NCBI GenBank assembly: GCA_964247055.1
Contig: OZ176056.1
Coordinates: forward strand, 1,674,001-1,738,000
Length of the DNA: 64,000 nucleotides
Direction of reading: 5' to 3'
From: Paragordius varius
Lineage: Eukaryota > Animalia > Nematomorpha
The notes beneath the pieces are model-generated. The model was not told where the DNA came from. It did not search any database and worked only from the letters and a program-made list of their open reading frames with translations. The number at the start of each line of letters is the position of its first letter. The first letter of the stretch is position 1. The position numbers and the translations under genes were made by a program. Shown piece after piece: positions 42,801 to 54,488 of this stretch.

Positions 42801-44667
42801 TAAAAATTGTAACTATAATTTATAAAATATGCTTTTTTATATTACATGAGAACTCCTGAATAAATTCTGAAATCTATTAATTTTTTACACGAAAAATTTA
42901 AAATTAAAGATTCATTCTGTTAATTTGACTAAATAATTATTTTTGTAAAAAAAAATCGATATGCCTTCAGAATCCAAAATATCAAATATAAAAAGTCATT
43001 TAAGAAAAATAACGCAAAAATAAGCCTTCAACAGATGATTTCTAATATTTTAGCTCTACAAACTATTAAAATATGGAATGAACCATCTTTAATTTTTATC
43101 AAACATATGGAATGAAATATCGGTAAGTATAATTTTTTCCAATAATATTAACATGTTTAGTTAATAATCATTTAATGCCTTAAAACACTTTTTAAAGCAA
43201 ATAATACATATTTAAACATTATTCCTTTCATAAATTTTTAGATAATATAATTAATTTATATCAAACTCTTGATATATAACTGTACAGGAAATGTTCTTAA
43301 AATTTCATATAAACTTACCATCAATCGAAAGATAAGTTTCAAGTTTGTGCAATATTCCATGGAGATTATTTTTAGTTAGAATATATTTGATATAGGAATA
43401 CGTTTCTTTTGACATGATCAATCCATACTTGTTTTGTCTAATATGCGCAAAATATAATAATATTAATTTAAAATGTATTTTAATGGTTACTTATTTCACA
43501 AGACTATAATTGGGGGCAATTTGCAACACACAGTAGTGTATGGAAAAAACGAAAGGTTAAAATTGATTTTTAAACATTTTGTTGTTTTTTCGATACACTA
43601 CTGATGTGTTGTAAATTGCCACACTATAGTTTGAAATAAGCAACCATTAAATGCAAAAATCTTGAACTTTGAAAATGAATTTTATTGAAAAATAAACACC
43701 TTAAAAAGTTTTACTTTTTTTGAAAAAGTTAAAAACTATAAAACAGCTTTTATAAACCAAAACAAAATAGTTTATTATAGAAGCATTTTATTAATTTAGA
43801 TAATGGGCTTTAATCATAAAATAATTTTTATGACAATCGGAGGGATATAAGTACATGATTTAAATAGATTATTTATTTATGCCAAAACAGTTCCAAAAAA
43901 TATTTTGGTTCCGCGGTTAGATTGCTTTTTGGTTTTGGATTTCAATTTATTTTAAAATAATAAATTATCTGATAAATATGTGGATAAAATGTTGAAAAAT
44001 AGGAAATTGTGTAATAAAAATCCTTCCATCAATTAAATTAAAAATAACATAATTTTTTGAGAATTCTTTATTAATCGACAAACGGTTTCGGTTCAAATCC
44101 TAATAATCTGGATTTTCCAAATTTTATTTGAAATTTTTTAGTTTACCTGAACCATGTTAACAGTTGATTTGCATTAAATGCTTCCTTGTTTCGTACGAAT
44201 TTTATGGCATTTATATCTTCGTAATGCAGTGAGAGGTGATCATCCGCAAACAGACTATAAAATTCGTTAGCTATTTTGGCGGATAAAAATTATTAACTTA
44301 CCTTCAGAAATTAAATCATTTGAGTATAATTCAATAAGGGTGTAAATAAATACGGGATAAAGTAACAAAGAAAATTCGGCCTAAAAATAAAAATAAATAT
44401 GAAATGAACTTTATATTTATCTGTCGATTCGGATATTAAACTGGTAATTTTTTTATAATCTTTAATGGGATTTGTAGATAGCCTAATAATTGAATCAAAA
44501 ATCAAAAACTTATTCGTCAATTTGTTAGAGTTTAAAGATGATTCTTGCAAAAAAGTATTGATAGTGTCCTAAAAATGGAATATAAAAACCGTCCTTACCG
44601 ATAGATTGTTTTGTTTCAACAATTCCACAATTTTTAGCTTCAATTCTTCAGATAAGGTACTACCCAT
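30253..44667 (-). CDS. TAF5: Transcription initiation factor TFIID subunit 5 (LisH + NTD2 + WD40), 685 aa, 18 exons
   Basis: Exons 44599-44667, 44410-44568, 44302-44380, 44147-44270, 43319-43437, 42266-42343, 40758-40918, 39402-39493, 38702-38821, 37032-37177, 36300-36437, 35866-35947, 35108-35219, 34089-34202, 33534-33588, 32518-32640, 30961-31102, 30253-30397 (2058 nt, phases consistent). Motifs: LLYPVFIY, KIFCGLLKEPE, DPMGPPQNRIPLPEL, LPSVCCYTVLNA, FHPNCNYIASGSSDRTVRLWD, KTKNSIILAIHYTWRNL. Confidence 0.95.
31815..32438. mobile_element. Two adjacent family A MITEs (~31815-32119 and ~32147-32438)
   Basis: Ends (TA)TACCATTTACAGTT / AACTGTAAATG with 21-bp TTGAACAATTCAAATTCACCC repeats; in TAF5 intron 16. 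Confidence 0.75.
34647..34870. mobile_element. Degenerate family A MITE
   Basis: TATACCATTT left end, TTGAACAATTCATATTCACCC unit, shared internal sequence. Confidence 0.6.
36481..36877. mobile_element. Family A MITE with ~6 subterminal 21-bp repeats on the left arm
   Basis: TATACCATTTACAATTCGAATTCACC ... GGTGAATTTGAACTGTAAATGGTATA; tandem TTGAACAATTCAAATTCACCC. Confidence 0.85.
37289..37894. mobile_element. MITE family B, 50-bp TIRs with one mismatch
   Basis: TATACCATTTGCACTTCAAGAGTGTCCTTGAAC... at both ends; ~6 tandem 21-bp units at 37761-37875. Confidence 0.9.
38361..38499. repeat. Near-perfect foldback (arms ~60 bp, short loop) in TAF5 intron 9
   Basis: AAGAATTAATTTGGCAAACGTATGAATATATT... 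mirrored by ...AATATATTCATACGTTTGCCAAATTAATTCTT. Confidence 0.85.
39805..40108. mobile_element. Family A MITE
   Basis: TATACCATTTACGGTTCTAATTCACCCTTGAAC left end; AGGGTGATTTTGAACTG right end. Confidence 0.75.
41732..42247. mobile_element. Palindromic family D MITE interrupted by a nested family A MITE (41761-42105)
   Basis: Outer TIRs GCATTnTAATGnTTGCTTATTTCACA; inner element has intact TATACC / GGTATA ends. Confidence 0.8.
43475..43654. mobile_element. Palindromic family D MITE
   Basis: TTTTAATGGTTACTTATTTCACA...GGCAATTTGCAACACACAGTAGTGTATGGAAAAAA mirrored by ...GAAATAAGCAACCATTAAA. Confidence 0.8.
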
Positions 44668-44720
44668 TTAAAATTCGAATTTCAATGCATGTGAGAAAAT
44701 ATACATTCGTTTTTGAGGCC
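44668..44720. promoter_or_regulatory. 53-bp spacer between divergent TAF5 and XPNPEP1 start codons (putative bidirectional promoter or overlapping 5' UTRs)
   Basis: TAF5 ATG at 44667 (minus) and XPNPEP1 ATG at 44721 (plus). Confidence 0.7.
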
Positions 44721-47700
44721 ATGCGTAACCCATCTGAGATTTTATCGAATTTAAGATCGCTTTTTAAAAACGTTTCTTTGATAAAAGAAGAAATTTCGGC
44801 TTATATAATTTCTCATTCCGATGCACATCAAGTAAATTTATTAATATCTAATTCAAGAATGAATATATCGCAGATTGTGACAGTCGTCTCAAATTTGTTA
44901 CAAATTTTACTGGATCAAACGGTATATTAAAATACATTACGGTTAAGATACTATAAGAAATTCTTATTCAACTAAATAGTTTAGAAAACCATATATTTTT
45001 TGTTTTTTATTAGATCATTTCGAGTTCTGAAATAATTCATTTATCCAAATGTAAATTGACTACGAACTTTTAAAGAATTGAATATAATATGGTCTTTCCC
45101 ACATAGTGTTTAACTTTTTATGCTTTGTCGTTACAAATATTTTTACTGTATTTGACAATTATTTTTTAATAGGTTTAGCGATTGTGACCGATAAATTTGC
45201 TGCTTTTTGGACCGATGGAAGATATCACTTACAAGCCGATCAACAATTAGATCTTAAACATTGGATTGTAATGAAAGAGGGTAAAATAATTTATATTAAA
45301 AAATTTTAGATTTACGGGATTTTGAAATATGTATGCAGTTTAGAATCTTTAAATAACGTTTTATACAATTTAAAAAGGGTATTATTTTGAATCAAATGAG
45401 ATTTTAATATTGGTTAACTATCAAAATTATAATTATTATTTTAATCGCGTTTCTCTTTAGAAGATTTATTGATTCTAACATAATTTACGGCTTTATTTTT
45501 TTAATTTTTTATACATAAAATAAAAAAAATCCATTTTAATAAAAATCATTTTTCTATAGGGTTAGAAAATGTGCCCACAAAATCGGAATGGTTACAATCG
45601 GTAATTAAATTTCATTTTTTTTTTATTTTTTGCATATATATTGTAAAATTTATGACTTTTTTGTTTCAAAAGACAAAATTTTTTTTTATAATATTTTTTA
45701 AACTTTCAAAATAATTTTTATGATTAACAATTTTTATTAAATATTTTTTTTATTTTTTCCAACATAGGTTTTGGAACCGGCATCGAAAGTTGGTATAGAT
45801 CCCAATCTTGTCTCAATAAGTATAATAAATAAAATTATAATTTAATATTTTCGCTTTTTTTATAAAAAAAAGTTTATTTACAGTTTCAAGGGAAAAATAT
45901 ATCGTATTAATATTTTTAAAATCTTATTTGAGAAAAAAAGATTGAGATTTGGAATTTTTTGTTTCAAAAATAATTGGCTATATATCTTATACATTTAAAA
46001 ATTTTACAAACACATTTTTTTAAAAACAGGTATAATTTATTATTTTTTGTCATATTATTAAGGTAAAATAACCAGATTTATTTAGCATTATATTTTAAGT
46101 TCAACTATTATACTTTTATTTCAAATCTAAAAAAATCATCCTAAAAACTTATTTTGAGGGCCAATTTTCATACGGCCATCATTTATAATTTCGAATCTTT
46201 TGAATAAGAATTTATATAAAAATAAAAGTTTAAAATAAAATACAAATCCAAAAATTTATTTTAATTTATTTCAAATCAAAAAAAATCATCGTAAAAAACT
46301 TATTTCGAGGGCGCGGATTTTCAGGGCGAGCATTCATAATTTCAAATGCTTTGAATAAAATTTTATATAAAAATAAAAGTTTAAAATAAAAAAAAATCCA
46401 AAAATTTATTTTAATATCCTATTTTATTTTATTAATAGGTGGTTGGAAGGCTTGGGAAAAAAGTTTGCATCAAAAAAATCTTAAACTTACAGCTGTGATG
46501 CCAAATTTAGTGGATTTAATTTGGGGTGCAGAACGCCCCTCTAGACCTCAAAATCCAGTTTTTGCACTGGATATTGAATATACTGGTTGTTTTTACTTTT
46601 TTTTAACTCTAAAATTTTAATTATTTTTGGGTAATTATGTAAATATTTATGAAAAGGCTAAAAATTAACCATATTTTTGGGTTTTATGATTGTGTTTTTA
46701 AAAATTTGTTTAAAAAATGAGTTATTTTTTAGATTTTCACAATTTTAGCATATAAACTTGCTTTACATTAATATTTACAACCATCAATCTTTTTATATAT
46801 ATTTTTCATGCATAGTTTAAAAATTTAATATTGGACATTTTTTTTCATATAAATTATTTAAAAAAGATCTTAAATATATAAATATTTTTTTTAATATGCC
46901 CCCCCTTCCCCCACAAATAGGTATGAGTTGGCCCGATAAAGTTTATCTGATCGCCGACATATTAAAAGGACATCGCAATTCTAAAGGTGAAATTATCAAT
47001 AATAATTATGATAATAAACAACAAGGAGAGGAATTGAATTCAGAAATTTTAAAAAACGGACTTACCGTGAAGAATTTTAAAAGAAAAACGCTTAAAAAAT
47101 GTGACAGTTACCTTATAACCGCACTGGATGAAATATGTTGGACATTTAATTTACGTGGCTCTGATATTGAATTTAATCCCGTTTTTTTCTCCTACGCACT
47201 CGTTAATTGCAAAAGTTCTGATACAATTATCAAGAATGAAAAAATTTGTGCTAACAATCAAACAGAACCTCAAACTGGCTACCCACCAATTGAAGTGATA
47301 TTGTTTTATGGGGAAAATGAGTATTTTTTAATAAATTTTTAAGCTTTAAATGTGTAGATTTTGGATAAAAATTATTTTGTTAAAACATTATTTTTTGTGA
47401 TTTAGGCTTTAGTTTTCGGTTAAAAATGTTTCTATTATATCATAAGCGATATTTAAAAAGCTTTTTCTTTTAGTTGACCATCAATATTATAAGAATTTAT
47501 TTTTTTGAAAGCCTAAAAAATTCTTTTGTATAAATAGTTTTTGTTGAAATGTTTAAAAAATTTATTTTTTATGATATTTGATTTAAAAATTAACGGTAAA
47601 TTAAAGAATTGAATTTATTAGTGTATTAAATAATAAAAACAATTTTTTCTACATATTTATAACCTTTAAATTTCTTTTGTAAAAATAGTTTTTGTTGAAA

Positions 47701-50700
47701 ATATGTATAAAGAGTTTTTTTAAGTAAAAAATTTGTTCACTCTTTTAAAATATTAAAATAAAAAAATTTAGGGCAAAATTGAAGAATTGAATTTAGCAAT
47801 GTTTCAAAAATAATAAAAAACAATTTTTTCTGCATATTAGTTAGTTTTATAAAAACATTATATCTCAATATTTTAGAGATCAAACTCAACATTTATATCG
47901 AGAATTAGAAAAACAAGCCCTAGATCAACTTTACAGTAAACTAAATCCGAGCGGGAAAATAGTGCTTAAAATATTCCCATACGCTGATATTTATAAATAC
48001 CTTGGCGGTATTAATTGGACCCTGATGGGTTCTGATTATAAAATTTGGGTAAAATTTATTATAATTCTTAAAGACAGAACAATTAAAAATAAATTATACG
48101 GACAAAACGCAAAATATAAGGATAAATATGTTTTACTAAAAGACAACTGCAAACCTTTATTTTGCTATATAAGCTATTTAGTTACAATTGTTAATTATGG
48201 AATTGATTGTGTTAGTAATATATATTTCTATTTCACATTTTGCCATTTAAAACAATGAGTTATAACAAAAAATCAAGATTTAAATAGCATGGTTGGTTGT
48301 CTCTAAATAAATCATATTTGTCTTTATATATTTACGTTTTGTCCGTATAATTTCAATTTTTAGCGTATACTTTTGGGGTCATTTTCTCATTAAATTTTAT
48401 TTTTAGCATTATCTTAAAATTTGATAATAATCATGAAATTGTAAAATTAATCAGATAAGTATAAAATCAATGTAAAATTAACTTTTACCGGATATTATAA
48501 TCTATATAAAAAATTTGAATATTTTAAATTTAATAATTTAATATTTTTTACAAAAATAAACATTAAGTTTTAATTAGTTTTGGATATAACGAATGTTTAA
48601 ATTTTTAAATTTGAACATTTTTTAGATCCAAATTTTTTAGTTATGTTTATTAATTGCATTTATTTTAAGAAACGGTTAAAGTTTTTTTTATTTAACAAAA
48701 AAAGTATCATTTTTTAAGTTTTTATTTTATGTTTAATCTTAAATTTTATTTTTTATGTTTTACATTTGTGTAGTTAAGTCCACAAAGCAATTATGCCTTA
48801 GCAAACCTTATACCAAATGAAATTGCCCAAAATTTTACTACAAAAAATAATAATAAAATTTCAATAAATCATTTGTATTGTGAAGAAATATCTCCTATAT
48901 TAAATCTTAAAAGTATAAAAACTGACGCAGAAATCCAAGGATCTAAATTGGCTCATGTTAGTTTTTTTATGAATTTGAAAATAAAAAATTATTTTAAGTG
49001 ATTTTTTATTATGTATATTTTTTTAAAAAAATTTTAAATGAAAATTTTTAAATGGCATTAATTATAATTAGTTTATACGGGTTTTTTACAAATTTGAACA
49101 TTTTAATGTTACACATTTTTTTTAAGGTGATAGTATTGCTTTTCTTAATAAAGTTTTTATAAAACAAGTATTTTCATTAAAATTTTTAGACCATAATTTT
49201 TATTTTTTAATATATATATATAAATATAATAGATACAGTTTATAGTTGTTTTTATAAGAAACCATTACCAAAAAAATTATTTTGAATTTTTTTATTAATT
49301 TCTTTATACCCAATTTTTATTTTATATATATAGTTTATAGACGCTATAACACTATGTGAATTTTTTGCATGGATAAATGAACAATTGAATTCCAAAAATT
49401 CTCAAACCCAAAATGGTAAAATAACTGAAATAAGCGCCGCACAAAAATTATTAGAAATCCGAATGTCATATTGTAACAATAATAACCATTTTCATGTGAA
49501 TAATCAAAGTTTACCCGCAAAATCAGCTGATTTTCAGTTAAAACCGGTTAATGCTTTCCGTGGCCTTAGTTTTGAAACTATAAGCAGTGTTGGTCCAAAT
49601 TCAGCCATAATTCATTACAAGTAATATTTTTTTCTTGAAAAAATTGGTTTTTAAAATTATTTTTTAACATTATTATATAAATTACATTAATATATAAGGG
49701 AATTATTAAAATCGTGAAAAAGTTTCATATTTTTATTTATAAATGCCAATTTAATGATTGTTTTTTTGTTTATCAAAACTTTTTTGATTAACAATTTAAA
49801 ACTCTTTATTACACATTAACAAAGTTAATAATTGTAATTATATTGTAAAAAATCTAAATAATTTTTCTCTTTATAAATAAGTAATAGACATTTCCTTTTA
49901 ATTTTGATACTATATTTATATTTAAAAAATATGTTTCATATACTATTTAGGCCTATGCCCGAAACTGATCGAGAATTAACATTGAACGAAGTGTTTTTAT
50001 GCGATTCTGGAAGCCAATATTTGTAATATATTCTGATTTTTTAATAATTAATGTATAAAATAGAATTTTTTAAAATTATTGGTAAAATAATGTATAACTT
50101 TTACTAAATAATGGTATAAACGAACATTGAAATTAAGTGAAAATTGTAAATATTTATCATTTTAATTTTCACTTCCATATTAACATTATTTTACGGAATT
50201 TAACATTTGCTTATAAATAAACAAGCTTATTCCGTACGCACAATACAGAAAATTTCAATAATCTACTTGTTTTTAATGTAAAAAATAGATTTTAAAACTT
50301 ATAATTTTTTCGTAGATTTGGAACTACTGATGTGACACGAACACTTTATTTTGGACCCAAAAACAGCTTGAATAAAGAAATTCGTCAAAATTATACGCTG
50401 GTACTTAAAGGTCACCTAGCTTGTATGCGCGCCATATTCCCTCGCGGAATTAAAGGTTTTTTAGTTTTTGTTAAAAAAAAGTTTTTTTTAGTTGGACAAA
50501 TTTAAATGTGAGAAAAAGTTTATTGAAACTTTTTTTTACCATTGAACATTAATTTATAATCCAATTTTTTTCTAACAAATTTTTTTAGAATTAGTATATA
50601 ATTAATGGTTTGTTTTTTCAGTTTATTTTTATCATGTTTTCTTTTGACCAAACAATTATAATATGATATATATATATATATATATATATATTATTCTAAG

Positions 50701-53260
50701 GGTCAAGTTTGAATATTTAAAATGTATTTTTTAAATTAATTAATAATATTATGGGTGTCAAATTTTTTCATTAAATTTATAGAGTATATTGAAACAGCAA
50801 TATGCCAAAAACATATTTATCTCAATTTTAGATTTGAGATAACCTAAAACAGAAATTTTTGTAATGATATCTTTGAATCGTTTAAGGGTAAATTTATAGC
50901 CTTTAAAAATAATTTTAAAAGCATAAATATATTGAAAATACTTTGATTACTTATTCCCATATGATAAATTTACCATTTTACCTTTAAATATTTTTTATAG
51001 GTTATCGATTAGATTGTTTAGCACGTATGTTTTTATGGGAATACGGGTTGGATTTTTTGCATGGAACAGGCCATGGTGTAGGAGCCTATTTGAATGTCCA
51101 TGAAGGTTTTTATATATACTAATTTTTATTCTAAAAACAAATCGTGAAAATTTGTAATGATTCAATATTCACTATTATGTTTAATTTTTCCTTTTTAAGC
51201 GTTTAAAAAATCGAATAAATCAAAAAAATCAATTAATTACTGTGAGTTACACTTTAATTTCCAATTCTTTCCCAAGTTACTTGTTAAGTATTAATGTAGT
51301 TTAAATTTGGCATGAAAATTTGCAGATTTCAAAATTATCAAAGTATAATATATATATAATAAATTAAACGGAATAACTCAATTTTTATACTTTTATTTTT
51401 CAAGCCAAAAAATAAATATACCATTTACAGTTCATCACCCTTAAACAATTCAACTTCACCCTTGAAACAATTCAAATTAACCCTAAAATAAATTATATGT
51501 TTTTAAGATTAATACTACCTTTAAAATCAATATATTACTGAAAAATAATAAACTATGCTATAAGATTATATATCTTATTATAAATGAGTTATATTAGAAA
51601 CATAATTTATTTTTAGATTTGAATTGTTCAAGGGTGATTTTGAATAGGTCGAGGGTAAGTTCGAATCGTTTAAGTGTAAATTTGAATTGTAAATGGTATA
51701 TTACAATAATTTTTTCCGTCAAAATTTTTTTATGCCTTATAATATGTACAAATTTATTTTAATACCCTTAAAAATGTAAAATGTGGTGAGCGCTTATAAC
51801 ATCTGGAATTTACATTTTATCCAAAAAGAATAAGTTATGCCGATATAGTTGCTTTTTTAACAAAAAAATATGTTTGATTTTGCCAAAACGAGTCCTATTT
51901 GGCTTATGATTAGTTTTAAACTATATTAATATTTTGATTATGACTTGAGTGGATAATTCAAAAACAGTACATGAGCTACTCTAAAATATTTTATTAGAAA
52001 TCACAGTTTTAAATGGAGAAAAACCTTTTATAAATTACATATTTTTTAATTACTAACTAAAACTAACCTTATAGACACAATAAATATTAATCATAAATAA
52101 TTATTTTTCAAATTAAATCATACATTATCAAATTTTTTTCATTAAAAAACCTATATAATTACCAATTTTTTAAAAAAATGAATTTGATCGTTAGTTATTA
52201 ATTTATATCTCCTTTCAATTCCGCCTTCTTAGAACCCAAAAAACGATAGGTTATTTATTAAAAACTATAATAATCGGTATAATTATTTACATAATAAATT
52301 ATAAAAAATCCGTTTTTTTTACTTTTATGTAATTTTTTTACCTTAGGACCCGAATATATTGGGACACGTGCTTCAGCTTACGATACAGACTCTATTGGAC
52401 TTCAACCGAATTCCTTGATGACCATCGAACCAGGATATTATATTTCTCAAACTGCGGCATCTTCTGAGACGAAATCTACTAACAACGAACAAAATTACTC
52501 AAAAAGTTATGGGATACGAATTGAAAATACTTGTATGGTCAAACCCATTAAAACTCTGGTATATATATATTTGATTTTTACGACAAATTGGTATTTTTGG
52601 TTTTTTTATCTTTGAGGGAAATAAAAAATGATTTAAAAATTTTTATGTTACTTTATAGCATTAAGGCATTAATATGTGGTTAGTTTTGATTAATTTTATT
52701 CTTTTTTTAAGTCAACAGATATAAATTTTTACTTCAGGAGTGAAAATAATCGCTTTACTCTTTCTTATAAAATTTTAATTGAACAATGAGGTGTCGATCA
52801 GAAAATTATTGAAATCATTCAATAATTTTATTTATTTTTGAACAAAAATTTGAAGCTAATTTCTAATTCCTATATTGCAGATTAAGTTAATAAATGCAAT
52901 TATTAAGATATTATGTATGCGTGGTTTTTTCTTTAAAAAATTCTAGAACAATTTTAATGGTACACCTTACTTGACATTCGAATCTCTGACTTTGGTCCCA
53001 TATGATCCCAAATTAATTGATGCTACAATGTTGACAAACCAGGAGGTAAAAAATATTTTTTGCGCAAAATTTTGCTTTGAATTACTTTTATTTTTGTTTT
53101 ATAGATAGTTTAAAATTTATTATATAATATTTTTTTATAGATTTTACAAATAAATGAATATCACACGAAGATTTTTGAAACTTTGGCGCCAGAACTGGAA
53201 AGATTGAATAAAACAGCAACATTAAATTGGTTAAAGGAACAAACCCAACCTATTTCTTGA
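44721..53260 (+). CDS. XPNPEP1: Cytosolic Xaa-Pro aminopeptidase 1 (M24B), 770 aa, 16 exons
   Basis: Exons 44721-44831, 44858-44921, 45173-45280, 45560-45600, 45768-45819, 46439-46585, 46921-47320, 47877-48048, 48774-48956, 49334-49620, 49951-50022, 50316-50455, 51001-51105, 52347-52558, 52947-53045, 53141-53260 (2313 nt). Motifs: [64 protein letters not shown]; metal ligands intact. Confidence 0.95.
46114..46415. repeat. ~150-bp tandem duplication in XPNPEP1 intron 5
   Basis: TTTATTTCAAATC..AAAAAATCATC...ATAAAAATAAAAGTTTAAAATAAAA...AATCCAAAAATTTATTTTAAT occurs twice. Confidence 0.8.
51417..51700. mobile_element. Family A MITE in XPNPEP1 intron 13
   Basis: TATACCATTTACAGTT ... AATTGTAAATGGTATA with 21-bp-type repeats. 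Confidence 0.8.
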
Positions 53261-53601
53261 ATTATTTATCTGTTTGTTAAATCTGGATGGGTTAAATAAA
53301 TTATTATTTCAATTTTTATCTATTACTCATAGTTTTACCACAGAAAGAATAAATCCGGCCAACCTAGCCCAACTGCAGTATTATTTTGATGTTAAACGTA
53401 GAAAATTTTACATATAAATAATATTTATATGACTTTTGTTAAAATTATGATTTATTTGAAGGGCTATAAAGTTGAATCAAATTGTTTAATTTTATCACAG
53501 TTGCTTGATTCCATTAGTTGACTGATTGACAATATAAACGTGATAAAATTAAAAAAAATTCTACTAATTAGATTTCAAAAAAATATTTTGTTCATGATTA
53601 A

Positions 53602-54488
53602 TTATTTGTCCTTTTCATAAACACCGACTAAGGCTGGCCGTAAAGTCCTTTCTCTGAGTTGATATCCAATTTTGGTTACAACGGCAACCGCTCCGGGTTT
53701 ATGATCGTCTGATGATTTTGTATTTCCAGCAGACGACTCCGTTCCAGCTGTTTTAGAACCGGAATCTGAACTAATATTGGTTGGTGGTGAATGTAAGGGT
53801 ACTTCAAACAATGCTTCATGCTTATGAGGATCAAATTTTTCGTTTGGTTTTGGCGATATTTGGCACAAGCCATGTTTGGTAAAAACTTTTTGCAATTCAC
53901 GCTCAGTTAAAATTAAGCCCTGATATAAATCACAAAAGTTTTTTAGAATTTGATTTGCATCTAGTGTAGTTGAGTTGTTAGGGCTTTCGGTAGGGGTTTG
54001 AGCAATGGTTTTAAGGTTATCTGGTACACTTTGAATGGCTCGATGCATAGTATCCCCTACTTCAATGAGATCTTTGCAAAATGATTGAATGCTAAAAACT
54101 TTAGTTTTTTCAATTTCGTTTTCCATTCTTTGCCTTAAATTAATCATATCAGCTAAACTACGCTTGTATTTATCCTATAAAATTATATGCAGACATTACG
54201 TTTAGTTCCTCAAAATTTGCCTTTTGCTGTTCATTTAAAGTTTTTAATTGGTTATAATCATCTTCATTTATTTCTTTCTGGCTCCCGTTGGAAGTTTTGT
54301 TGTCCCCTGTCAATATCCTACTAAACACGCCTTTTTCACTTTTTTCTGTTTCCTTTACATTGGAGTCTGAATAATAACGTTTGAAATATTTTGGTTGCAA
54401 AAGTTTACTAAATTATTATTAAAATATACTTTCCGAGCTGAATGTTTGGAAAAACCTTTTGAAGGGTGTGTGCCGAAGTCCTAATCAT
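53602..54488 (-). CDS. Mitochondrial GrpE nucleotide exchange factor (GRPEL-like), 279 aa, 3 exons
   Basis: Exons 54430-54488, 54200-54407, 53602-54174 (840 nt). DKYKRSLADMINLRQR, FSIQSFCKDLIEVGD, FDPHKHEALF, GYQLRERTLRPALVGV; N-terminus resembles a basic presequence ending KRYYS. Confidence 0.92.
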
